Source: Chlorokybus atmophyticus (Eukaryota; Plantae; Mesostigma and Chlorokybus algae). From it: a DNA stretch of 64,000 bases. The position numbers and the translations under genes are program-made. Positions 11,111-23,427 of this stretch are shown in pieces. The notes under the pieces are model-generated. The model worked only from the letters and a program-made list of their open reading frames with translations. It did not search any database and was not told the DNA's origin. Numbering within the stretch: the stretch's first letter is position 1; every line of letters starts with the position of its first letter. The DNA is taken from NCBI GenBank assembly GCA_009103225.1, contig RHPI01001037.1, positions 729,537 through 793,536 on the forward strand. Reading direction: 5' to 3'.

Positions 11111-14022
11111 AGGTCATGCACAAGTGAGTGATCAAGAACAGCTGGCGGTATGGTTGACGCAATAAGTAGCATGCTTGTACATGTGCCATATCATTGCGCG
11201 CAACCGCAGGCTGCATATCACCGCTCCCTTAATGTATTCGGTACATAAGGGGCCCTTATAAAACATGGACATATCCCGCCGTAGCCTGCCCGGCAGGGGC
11301 CATCATCGGCAGGCCTCATTAACCATGGGCCATTTTGTCCACCATGGTTTCGAATGTGTGCATTATGTGTGAACAATTGTGCGGACATATGACACAATAA
11401 CATCACGACATTTAACTGTTGATTAATTGAGCTGGTCAATTCAAAGTTTAAGTTCGAGCGAGGGGCTTGCATATGCATGGTAGGTCTGTTATGAACATGT
11501 GGCTTTCATTGCTTAAAGTAGATGCCGGTGCACAATTTCTCATGTGTCTAAACCGTAAGCATGGTTAGAAAAGGCACTGCGAACCCAGCAGCTGTTTGCG
11601 ACAACTTGTCGCAAACAGCAATGCTTACGGCGCAAGCATTGCTGCTGATTATGTACCCGTTGCCAGTGCATCCGTTGATACATATGCATGGATTATGTAA
11701 AGTGCGAGCAGCGTGACAAAACATGTCACTCACGGAATGCAGAATGCCGCTAACATGAATCCTTGAACCAGAATTTTGTGCGACTCGTGTGTTATCAGAG
11801 TGCGTGGCCAAGGCAGGTTACGTCAAACCACAAACATCGCGCACATATGGCCAGCGAAAGTCACTATCCGTTTCTTCATTTAATGGCCATGAAATTAATC
11901 AGTAAGCCTTTAAAGAAGGAAATGTGTGCTTTTTAAATTATGTAGTTCGTGTGAACCTAACGTCTATCAAGCTGTGTGGTGCTTGATGGATTAAATAAAC
12001 ACAGGCACGATTTTGTCTTGTTGTTGACCTTTGAACATACTGTAGTGTTGTATAATTTCCATGAAATTAACTCCGAAAGGGCAATTTGCGAAAGTTTTGC
12101 TATCTTGTGACGGCTATAATCATGCATCTAATGGTTGTGAATCATATGCATGATTTGACGGGGTTTGATAAATCAATTACATATGTTAGCAGCGCCTTCA
12201 ACACATTTTCGTGGCACCAGGGTAGTACTGCTAAAGGCATCGATATGCATACATGCTAGCACAGAGCTGATCAGCGTCTATAATGGCTATGTGAGCCTTA
12301 TGCCACAGTGTTGTGATAATTGTTGCCATGTATGTTGATCCTGAAAAAGCTATCACCTATTACTAGTGGTTGACGTGCGTATGACGTTGATTGATTGCCG
12401 CTTTTGCACCTGCTGTGAGCAGCAAAAAACTTTCTCAAACCGTCGGTAATATGCGTCGTTCTGTGTTGGACACTTTGAGGTTGATGTCTTGTGGTGGGAC
12501 AAGTGGCAAGCTGAACGTATACCTTTGAAAACACACCTCGTGCCAATGTTGATATTTGTTGAGGTATACAAGGTCAAATTGAAGAGTCCCTATTCAGGGG
12601 ACATGTCATGTGACTTGTCAGCATGTGGCGATAAGGCTTTTCAGATTATGTATTGTCATGCATGCCAGTGGAGGGCAGCGAGTGAGTATATAAGGTGTTA
12701 GCTTGGACTAACTAGCATCAAGATTTGCACAAATAGAAGGCAACTTTTGTGTGGGGTGCCTGCCATAAAGTTGTTCAAGAGGCCCTCCGCCTTACCATCC
12801 TTCAGCGGTGGTTGCATGCGCATGTCATAGTGCGAGTGACTTGGTGTGGGAACCTATGCTAGAGGTGGGCGTCCTCAAAGAAGGCTTTTTTCATGGTGTG
12901 GTGTTGCCGTGCTGATCCCGCGATCGCGTGCCGCTATACCCAATGGTCACCAATTGTGTTGCTAAGCTCGGTGCTTAGCAACACAACTTGTGTGACTAGA
13001 CTTCCTAATAGCAGCCGTCGTAAGTTCTTGTGCTTGTGCAGTAGTATGCGGTGTCTCTAAAGAAGTTACTACATGTGAAAACAATCTCCTGTCACAAAAC
13101 CTATTGGCAATATACACACCGGCATTGCCCATTGTGATGCCAGTAACTTGCTCGTGTGCAATCTGGCTTATGATGTGCGCTTAAAAAGCTTAGCCATAAT
13201 AAAAACCAACAATTGTTGCACAGTAGTGTCATGAGGTTGTTAACATCTCGTTATTATGGTATCGTAACTTCAACATCAATACGTCAATAATGAGTGTTAA
13301 ATGATAACTTGAATGATCATGAGCATATGTCGCACGTTTTTTCAGGCCAACTGTTCATAAAATCCTAGCAAAATGCATGTGGTTGACACTCATACATGGA
13401 AGGTAGCATGTAATGCGCAATAACCATTATTATATTATCAGAAGTGGTAATACATGATGTATACATATGGATTACCTTGTGACCAAGACAATACATGATG
13501 TACGAGAAGTGCATGTTATTATGTTATATATAAACTTATGTGATACATAAACTTATTGCGTTTATTTCACAATCACATGTTTGGATTAACATATGCAACA
13601 TGGCTTCACTTACACCATTAAGATATGACAGGAAAAGTCGCTATCTTAAGCAAAGTCACTTGGTTCAAAACGACATATCCGCAAGTACGTCTCGATGTAT
13701 ACAATCCAACATTGCTCTATTTGCATTAAGCCAGTGTATTATTGTGCAAAAGCAATGAGTTGCTCAATAGCTATGCTTCATTTGCTCCATGCACGATGTA
13801 CTGCATAACTTTCACATGTCTTCCACAATATCACCCTCAATGAATGCACGAATGGGATCCTTGCATGTGCATAAATGTAGTCTGCAATCGCCTCCATTGA
13901 TTGTATTTTTTGTGTGCAATCCGGTGTCCATGCTGTTGTGCACACGCAAAGGTCGCGCCCACACAAAGTATGCACGCTTTGAGGCCGTTTTTGAATACTG
14001 AGATTGGACTATTTATAAATTG

Positions 14023-14027
<5 letters not shown>

Positions 14028-14085
<58 letters not shown>
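14028..14085. repeat. (CT)n microsatellite
   Basis: Uninterrupted CT dinucleotide run of ~58 bp. Confidence 0.98.
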
Positions 14086-14088
<3 letters not shown>

Positions 14089-15081
14089 TGCTCTAGCGGT
14101 TATATGTTGGTGCTTCATGCATAGTATGAGATGCAGGTTCCAGCTGCTAACTCTTACCTAGGCTACCTTGGCAATGCTAGCACTTCTCGTTAGCTATGTA
14201 AGGTCAAGAATAAAGACTATCAGCAATGTACAAGATAAGCACAACGCTATTAGAAGCATGCATGTCAACGCCATGCGTGACATGCAATACACCCCACGCA
14301 CCTCAACCCCGCATGTACGACCACCGGGCTAACTACTACATACCACAGTACCTCTACTCCTACTGCCCCCCTTGTTAGTCACGCATGCATGCATCACTGG
14401 CAGTCATGGTAGTGTAGTGCATACTACACCAGATTGGACATGGCTGGCTTGAAACACTGCTATTGTTACCAGTATCGTTGTCAGTACTTACTGCCACATT
14501 GACATGACAAACAACCGCATGCACATCTACCCTGTCCACAACCACATGCATCAGCTTGCGGCCCATTGTGGGTAACAATGACTATGACTCGGAATTGCAC
14601 ACTGTAGGGCCCTCGCCCACATCCACCATACGACTGAGCGAGCTCATGACACTCATCACTGTGTGACGAGAGGTAAGGGTGGCCTTTCCAAAGGTCCTGT
14701 ACAAATTGGAAGCTGTCTGCCAAGACATGACGCGCAAGCTTGCAGTGCACATACTGCATGCGTGACAAAGGGTCACGCAGAGCGCCAATGGGCGTGCGTT
14801 CTTGACACAGTCATGCACTAATTTGCTGACAGTCGAGGGCAGTTTCACCCAGCCAAGCGTTGTTCAGCAAGTGCCTTAGTCCACACTTCCATTTGACCGC
14901 CTGCATGAAGAGGTCAGCAGAAATCAGCAAATTACCATGCATCCGTACTGAATGCTTCTCGCCCCAACTCATTCGCAGGAAACACCACCCCCAGAAACTG
15001 TTAGCGAAGCACTGCATTTACAACACACATAACAACCAACATGCCTGGACACTGCATGCAGTAGTAGTTGTTGACATGAAC

Positions 15082-17784
15082 TTACGCAGCAACAAGCTCT
15101 GCGACTTTTCGTTTTTGCTCAGCCTGCTTCTCGAGACGAAGCCACTTCTCTTCCCGTGATGCTGTCTGTGCCTTCTGTCTTAACTCATCCTCCTTAAATT
15201 GTTGGACGCATTCTTCAAATAGCTGGCTGTCAACCTCCTGTTGACGAGCATGAACGATTGAATGACTGCAACTGCCTTGCCCTACAAATGCAGTGCGACT
15301 CGACAACAACAGCAACACAGCAGCGTGTTCACCTCGCCTATGCCGTGTTGGTTTACCTGAAACATTTTGCGCACATTCAGGGTAAGCCCATGCACTGCAG
15401 CATTCCAATGGCTGCGCGCATTCCTCTCAAGAGCCGGGAAAATGATGGGCAATATGACATGCCGATTTTGTGCCAATAGACTAACAATGTAGTCGTTATT
15501 CCACAGAAAGAGCGCACGCTCTGCAACCTGCAACGACTCGCAACATACTGTAAGACAACCTCACGTGCCACACAACCTTAGCAAGAACATGTCATGCACG
15601 CAAGCCTTACACTTGCACAAAAGCAACACTTTGTGGATAGCAACTCCTTGCCTGAAAATGCGAGCTGTTTAAACACTTGGCAATCTGCTTTGCAACTGGC
15701 ACCATACACTTTTGAAACTCCGCAGTCTGAGTCAGCTCAAGAACTTCTTCAAGCTCGCCCAGAAACAATACTTCCTTTTGGCTGTGCGCACGCACGTATG
15801 TCAAAGGCACGTAGCATACAGCACAACCATGGCGAAGGGTAATGTGGCCACAATAGCAAACCTGTTTGTGACCGGCCAGTACTTCAGCAACCCCCGGACA
15901 ACAGGCTCAGCCAGCTTGAGATCCTTCTCAACAAATTGAGTGATGCAATATGACAGCTGCTGATGATACATTGACACGCACTTCGGCTTGTGTAAGGGAA
16001 TGAGGGCTTTCATCAGGAACACCTGCAGTGACAACCGTCAACAACGAAGCTTGAGTGTTACAGCATGGGCGAAGTCGCCACAAAGACCTGCCTCACATAC
16101 TTGACGAGGCAACAAAGAGATGTTTCCAGCTGTACCTTGTGTTCATCTTTCAATGGCAGAGCAAAACCATTAATAATGGAGCCCAAGATCTCCAACAACT
16201 CAGCAACACCGTTATGCCTTTCCGTTTCAAATATGAACCGGTAGAATATGTTGTTGACAGCCTTGCGTATGAACGGGCGGTGTACCATGAACTTGCCATA
16301 GATGCGATGCAGAATTGTTTTCAAGTAGTCCCGCTCCCTTGGGTCTTCCGAGTCAAAAAGGTCCAGAAGACGTAGCACAAAGTTGGTATCTATGTACTTC
16401 CTGGCGACTTTGGCATCGGTCTCGTTGGAGATAACATATCTGCCAATTCGCAATCAGCGACATACGGTACAGTGGGCACAGCAGAAATATGTACAACACA
16501 GCATCACACCTCAGTAAGAACTCATAGACTATCTGCAAGTGGGGCCATGCTGGTTCCAATGTCGGTTCCTCTTCTTCAGGGTCGTAATTCTCAGAGTTTG
16601 CATTGTCATGAGAGGACGGAGGCAACGTGCGGAACAGATTGCAAGAAAGCATGTAGGTGATGTCTTGGAAAACAGCCTGCGCAACGCAAGTAGCGACATA
16701 TCAGAGGCAGTGTGTGGAAGTGACATAGAGCTTAACAGGTACTCCGGACATGGGCAACGAACATAATAACAATGTGTCTGAAAAAGTGCCTTTCATGTGC
16801 CAACTACCAGCAAGTCCTGATGGGAAGCTATGGCGCTAACCCCCAGTACAATGTCAACAAGTGCCTACCCTCCACATGGCAGTTGTAGGTTCAGGGATTG
16901 TTTGTAACGCACTTAGCTCAGAGCTCTGCACTTTGTAGCGCAACTGAAACGTTGCAATCGCTACTGATCTGCAACTGTGCATGTACAAGCTCCCGCCACA
17001 GACCAATGGCAGGGAAGCACCACGTTTGCAATAATGACTTGCAATGGCACAATGTAGTATTGCATCTACATAAACCGAAACAGAATTGAGCGTGTCAGCC
17101 TCACCTCAGTGAACTTGCCGGAGCCTGTGTTGACATAGTCTACAAGCTCCAAAAGCGTTTGGCGCTTAATCTCTTTCTCCTTGACATGGTTGGTAGCGTC
17201 AGTGAAGTCGAACACATACGAGCACAGGTGCAGCTTCTTCACAAAAAGCGCCTGTCGCTCTGAGGCAGGAACATCTCGAAAACTGGGAAGCGGCTCTGCA
17301 AATGCTTGCGCGATGGAACCTTGTGGCGCAGGCACAGCGCCCCTTACGATTGATCGTGATGCAGGTGCAGCGGTGGTTGATGCTGTGGTTGGACGTCCAG
17401 TCGGCTGCAAGCATAGAGCCAAGACTTCAACGGCTTTGTATCCATGAAACAGAGGACGGAAAACCACACAGAGTAGGCACTGGAATCCACACCATATCCT
17501 TGACGGATCATAAAGCGTGGCACCCTTGTCCAAACTATGGGTCATGCAATCCGCATTCCAGGGACCGTTTTTATGTTCCATGAGATGCTCACAACCCAGG
17601 CAATTCCTGGCTACAGCACCTGACGTAGGGGATGAGTAGTGTTGGTTGCTGCAGCAGAGGAATTTGTCTGTGGAGGCGCGGTGGCCGTCACATTGCGTGT
17701 GGACGCAGTGGGGCCATCTACCGTATCCGACTTCCCTGCCTTTCTCCCTCCAATGCTCAGCTTCTTCTTTAACCCGCCAATCAT
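15082..17784 (-). CDS. Serine/threonine protein phosphatase 2A regulatory subunit B' (B56), multi-exon
   Basis: Conserved B56 blocks across exons: [10 protein letters not shown]...[114 protein letters not shown]|[32 protein letters not shown] at 17784; 3' end may have a further exon. Confidence 0.97.
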
Positions 17785-17789
17785 GGTCG

Positions 17790-17810
17790 AAACCCTAAGC
17801 CTAACCCTAA
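17790..17810 (-). promoter_or_regulatory. Telo-box-like motifs just upstream of the PP2A B' start codon
   Basis: AAACCCTAA at 17790-17798 plus AACCCTAA at 17803-17810. Confidence 0.5.
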
Positions 17811-18716
17811 CACTGCAGCTGAAATGGCGCTGCTATCAGCAGCAGCTGCTGCGGCAACGATCCATGAGTGCTGCCGCAATGCCCTCCCAACACCTTGCTC
17901 CACCCCTATCCTTTACAACCGCCTTCGCCGCATCCAGCCGGCCACCGCCGCCCGGCCTGGCCCCACCCCGGGCCGGCCGTACCCGTTAGCGGCGGCAGGC
18001 CTATGGTTTTGTCAGCATCCCGGCTGCAAAGATAGCAGCATTCCCCTCAGCGGCATAGGCGACAGCAATGACGCCCACAGGCACAGCAGCGCCTGCAAGC
18101 AGACCGACGCAACTTCCTCACTACCACGTTACCAACCGCGACAACAGGACCTAGCCTGGGCCGACCCACAGCATTACCGCCCCATCGCCTCCTTCTGCTG
18201 ATTCTCACAATAACAACCCCCCAACCCCGCGACCTGGCCCCACCACCGCAGCCGCCGCCGCCTCGTCGTCGTCGTCCACCTCCACCGCCGCCCACTTGCC
18301 GGGGCTGCGCAGTGACGACCCCGCAGCGATAATGCCGGTCAGAATTATCTAGTTAGGGTTTCTGTTGCATTGAATGCCGAAGGCACCGGCCATCCGTTGC
18401 GCCGGTCAGTTTGCTGGGACAAATTTCTGCCGCCGGTCGGATGAGGAGACGCGACCGAAATGTGCCGATCTTCAGCAGCGCTGCAGACCCTACCAGAGCA
18501 GGTAACGGGGGCGAGTAAGTAGCCCCGACTGGTCGGTTGTTTCGCGAACGCGCGGTCAACAGATGAAGCAGTGCTCTGTGGCCGGCTCAAAGGCAGATGG
18601 TCCGGTGAACTCAGACGTGTAACTGGCTGTGTTTAGTAGCTTAACTGCAATCTGTTATTAAGAAATTAAGGTCCCAAGTGGTAGCGGCCAGCAGGTTGTC
18701 GGCAGGGGCGGCGGCG

Positions 18717-21700
18717 ATGGCGATGGCGATGGCGCCGGGCGGTGGGGGGCTGCAAGCTACAGCTGCTGCTGCTGCGGGTGGTGGTGTTTTTACAGCCCCA
18801 AGGCCGACAGCGCAAGCATGCGAGAGGTGCGGGGCCACTGGGGTGAAAAGCGAGGCCGGGAAGGACGCTGAGATGCTGTACCTCATTGGGCCCTGCGCCC
18901 ACATGACGGTGTGCGCCCCTTGTGGCAGCGCTATGGCTGAGGGCGGGGGCGTCTGCCGCACCTGCAGTGCGCCAGTGGAGCGGCTCATGCGGGTTAGCTT
19001 TACCTCGGTGCCAACAGCTGTAGTGTTTTATCAGCTCGGTTTTGTGCATGCATGCGCAGACAGCCAAGATTGTTGCAACGATGCTTGTTGCGGGTCGCGC
19101 AGCATCGCAAGCTATACGTTGTCGCCGTAAGCACATAAACAGGTGTCCGAGTTAGAGCGCAAGGCTTGTAGAGAAGTGCAAGAAATATCACGACAGACAG
19201 CACAGGGTTGTGAGACAACGCTGGCCTTTCTTGTCAACTGTAGCACGCTGGACATGCTTAAGCTAGCACTGAAGATTCACAGCTGCATTACCGGCTGCAT
19301 TTAGCTTTACCATTGACAGAGTGAAGTGTGTGACAGTGATTACATGAGAACTTCTTGCAGAGTACATGCTTATGACTAGTTGTCTATGCAGTTTCCGTGT
19401 CATTGGTGTATGCTGGTGCCATGTACCGGCTACATGCAGCTATACCATTGACAGTCAAGCGTGTGACAGTGATTACAAACTTCTTACAGAGTAGCTACTG
19501 ACAGTGATTACATGAGAACTTCTTGCAGAGTACATGCTTACGACTAGTTTTCTATGAAGTCTCCGTGTCATTGGTGTATGCTGGTGCCATGTACCGGCTA
19601 CATGCAGCTATACCATTGACAGTCAAGCGTGTGACAGTGATTGCAGTAAATTTTCTTACAGAGTAGCTACTTACAACTAGGTTTCCTGGTAAGTATCCAT
19701 GTCATTAGTGTATGCTGGTCCTGTGTACCTGGCCCGCGTATTGGAAAGCTATTAACGTGTTCCAAGGAGCAAAATGGAGTGTCAATGCAAACCTTGACTT
19801 GTGCGCAGGATTATGCCATTAAGCCGCACGCCGCAGTCAAGCCACGACAATACTTTATGGGACGATTCTCAGCGGGCTTGCCAGGGTTGAAGGCAAAGAA
19901 GAGCAGCAAGTGGCGGATGCGCCCGGACGCAAGCGCTTCAACCCAGGCGAGCGAGGTGAGCAACATTAGCTCCGGATGGCATGTGCATTGTGCGACTGCA
20001 TGCAGCCAACTGTGTGGGCATGCATGTCGTGCAGTGTTGCACGCAGAGCGGACTTCTCTTTGTTGACATGCGCAGTGTGCAGGCTCCTAAGATGTGGGTG
20101 TTGGAAGATGACACCAAAACGCGAGTGTTTAAGGGTATCAAGGAAGCTGGCCAGCAGGCAACCTATTGCCTTTTCATCATGCAGGGGGAGAACTTTGTCG
20201 CTATTCCTGCCGGCGATTGGTGCGAACTAGTGCTTCCCACAGCAGTGGTAGTTGTTGCAGTGCTCTGCTGCGCTAGGCCTTTCTTCCTGTCTCCTGGCCA
20301 GTGCAACGGTTTGTGATGGCCCCTTGTATGCATTGCGCAGGTACAACTTCCGAACAGAAACCAACTTTAAGGTTCTCACCTTGGAAGAAGCAGAGGAGAG
20401 GATGGCTGCATTGGGGCGCGCAGCAGCAGGTTACCAGCGCTTGTGGATGAGCCGTTCGCAAAGCAGCAGCTTGCCACCAGGAGCCGAACTCATCAAGCAG
20501 GAGGGACAGGGGGATGGGGGTTCTGACAAAGAAGAGTAAGCTGCATGCATTTGCTGCATAGAGCCAACACAACACAATGCACAACTTGCCATAGTTTGAG
20601 CCAACAAAACACAACAATACATAGCGCATCAGCCATCACGTGTAGCTTAACTCATATCATATAACCTGAGGTTGCTGCTCTGGGTGGCAGGTTTGGGTCT
20701 GATGATGAGGAAAGAAAGCGGATGGCTGCCAGCAGTTCTGGCCGGGGCGCTGCGAAAACTGCTGGTGAAGGAGGTGCCAGACGCGTAAGGTCCGAGAGGA
20801 ATCCAGAGTTAGAGGGTGAAGAGATGGAAGACGAGAAAGGTGAGTTTCTTTTGCAACTTTCCCGAGGTCAGTAGTAACAGCTGTTCTTTGCAGGGGAGGA
20901 TTGGGAGCACGCAGAAGAGTTTGATGATGACGATGAAGCCTTGAAGGTGGAGGATGACGAATCCGAAGAGGAGCAACCCAAACAGCCTGCAGCCATGAAG
21001 GCCGAGGACGATGAAGATGGTGAGGGGCATGAGGGTGAAGGGGAGCGGTTAAGCAAGTCCGGTAAAGAGATGAAAAAGCTTCTTGGCAAATCTGGGCTGG
21101 GTGATGACGAGGACGAGTTGGAGTCTGATGATGAAGACTCAGATGTATGTACGACCGTGAACACGATCGGTCTGTCGTATGCGATTCCTGCTGAGGAATT
21201 TGCGGTTGCTCGCAGGTTGACTTTGACGAGGACGCCATGCTTGCGCCCCCAATGCTGTACCCAAAGAGCAAGGCAGATGCAAAGGTGAAGCCTGAAACCG
21301 TTGACGAGAAGCCGAAGGTTGACACAACCAAGGCCTCAGCCAAACAGGCGACTGTGAAAACTGAAACCGTAAGCAGTTTGCTATGCTAGTGGCCATTAAA
21401 CAAATCCAGCAGCCAATCATCGCCGTGGTCACTGATGAATCTGTACCAGCAGAAAGCTAAGACTCCTCCGCTCACCCCACAAGAACAACAAAAGGGCACA
21501 AAACGAAAGGCAGATGCTGTGCGCCTCAGTCCTGCAAAAGCACCAAAGGCTGCAGCCCCTACGCCTCCACCACCTACCAGTATGCACCTTGCTGAGATGT
21601 GCTATACTTGCCGTTTTGTAATTGATGTCAGTCATATGGCGCGTTCAATGGCATTGGATGTTTGATAAAACTATCATACTCGTATGGTCACAACAGTGCA

Positions 21701-22093
21701 TACTGTGTTGATCTGCATTGGATTTTGTATGATATGTTGAAACAGGTATTGTTTTATTATCATCTGTTTTGAAGCTTTGCTAAGCGTTGGATGTTGTAGG
21801 TGCACCCCCAAGCACCAGTGGCATAACCGAAGAAGCAGTGCGCGCAGCAATAAAGAAGTCTCAGCCAGTCAAGAGCGCAGACCTAGTGAAGATGTTCAAG
21901 CAGTACATCAAGAGCACCGAGGTACATGTCACGGAACATGAGGAGTCAACCAGGTGTGTCATGCTCATGGACAAGTCTGTGACAATCTGCATGTGTACAG
22001 GACAAGGAGTTGTTTGCCCGGATAGTCAAAAAGTTGTCCAAGATACAGAAAATACCGCCAGATTCCAACAACTCGTTTATTGTCTTGAAGTAG
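18717..22093 (+). CDS. GTF2F1: Transcription initiation factor IIF subunit alpha (RAP74), plant type, multi-exon
   Basis: Exon 1 Cys-rich domain (CERC...PCAHMTVCAPC...CRTCSAPVERLMR|DY), YFMGRFSAGLP, WVLEDD, ATYCLFIMQGENFVAIPAGDWYNF...LTLEEAEERM, GEDWEHAEEFDDDDE, LSKSGKEMKKLLGK, C-terminal ITEEAVRAAI...FARIVKKLSKIQK...FIVLK*. Confidence 0.95.
19300..19730 (+). repeat. Intronic tandem repeat, ~3 copies of 130-170 bp
   Basis: TACCATTGACAG...TGTGACAGTGATT...GTCATTGGTGTATGCTGGTGCCATGTACCGGCTACATGCAGC repeated in intron 1 of TFIIF-alpha. Confidence 0.9.
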
Positions 22094-23190
22094 CGGTCTG
22101 GTCAATCACGTGTGCAAAGTCTGAGACAGACATTGCGTTGGTGTGAGATGCTTGCTTTGGGGCTGTGGGACACTGATGCGTTCGGGCGCAGTTCTGAACA
22201 ACGTGGCTTATGGCTAATCAGCTTGTCTCCATCACGGCAACAGCGCGCAGGTGCAGCATGTTGTTGCACACAGCATGAGATTCCCGGTGCAACTCAGGAA
22301 GACAACATGGAGCAGGGTGTAACAGACAAGTATTACTGCGCTGGAGGAGGCATGTTTTGCCAAGCTGACATTGCATGCATCAGCAATGTCTACGTCCTCC
22401 GTCCTTCAAAGTGGATAGAGTGGCCTTGTCTACCTCGTTTTGAGTAGCACGGATGGTATATTCTGCGCATGTTTGTGCCCCACAGATTGACTTGGGTGTT
22501 GCATGCTGGTAGTTGTCACTTTATTACCATCGGTGCGGTGCATTGTGATTGCCCTGCCAACTAGGCCTTAAATATACAGATGTAGTATGCTATGTTATTA
22601 CAATGGCTAGCAGAGTTTCAAACTGGTGCGAAGCCGGGGAGCTCAACTGTTAGGTCATTGTCAGGATCGGTCACAGTGCTCATCAAGTCAAATGATACCC
22701 GTGTACTGCACTCTTACTCACCTGCAAAGCATGTTGCTGTACTCACCTAAAGTTGAGGAGCATGTAGGCTGCTGCACCATCCTGTACAGTTCATGAATGC
22801 CCTTGCATATACACAGCTCCAGCAATACATCCCGCAATGCATGTGTAAGTCTACACGCAGTCAATTGCACTGATGTCCAACTGCATCACTTTCAATCTTG
22901 AATATCAACATTGATATTCAAGACCCATTGACAGACTATTGTACAGGAGCATTCTATGCGCAGCAGCGCACATTTGCACTGCATGCACCTCTACTAATGA
23001 CCAGCTAGTGCAACAGCTAGCAAGTCGACTTGGTTCCTAATGAGGTCTATCTAGGCTAATGCGCCCCTCTAACCCAACAGCCAGTCAAGTGTAGCAGGCT
23101 AGCTGTTGCATGACTCCGCAGCGAAGGCACTGCTACCTACAAGCATGTACGCGTGTATTCTCCACTACTGTCACCCCCCACGTGCCAACA

Positions 23191-23427
23191 TTATGAGCAG
23201 CCGTTCGCCCTGTTCAACCTGCGCTGCATGATATCTTTGGCCGCCATAGAGTCCAGCCTGCTCGAGAGCCGCACAAGGTGCATCAGCTCGTCCGGATTGA
23301 AGACTTCCGGGTTCTCCGACACATACATGATGATGGACTTCATGGCCTGGCGTGCCTGCTGCACGCTCATGACAGGATGCTCGTCCATTGCACCGTCGTC
23401 ATGCCTCGCACGCTGCCCCATCTGCAA
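23191..23427 (-). CDS. Short helical ORF/exon of unknown function (weak resemblance to pogo/Tigger/CENP-B C-terminus)
   Basis: VMSVQQARQAMKSIIMYVSENPEVFNPDELMHLVRLSSRL is protein-like and preceded by a TTGCAG acceptor; upstream exon unresolved. Confidence 0.35.
   Translation of the reverse strand: MQMGQRARHDDGAMDEHPVMSVQQARQAMKSIIMYVSENPEVFNPDELMHLVRLSSRLDSMAAKDIMQRRLNRANGCS

Noticed and set aside
12298-12546. Kinase glycine-loop-like LARGVFSKVY
   Set aside because: No VAxK, HRD or DFG motifs follow; likely chance or too decayed to call.
17824-18295. Ala/Gly/Pro-rich ORFs between PP2A B' and TFIIF-alpha
   Set aside because: GC-rich promoter/UTR sequence yields open frames on both strands with no recognisable domain.
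19947-19955. GC donor in TFIIF-alpha intron 2
   Set aside because: An in-frame canonical GAG|GTGAGC donor lies 9 nt downstream.
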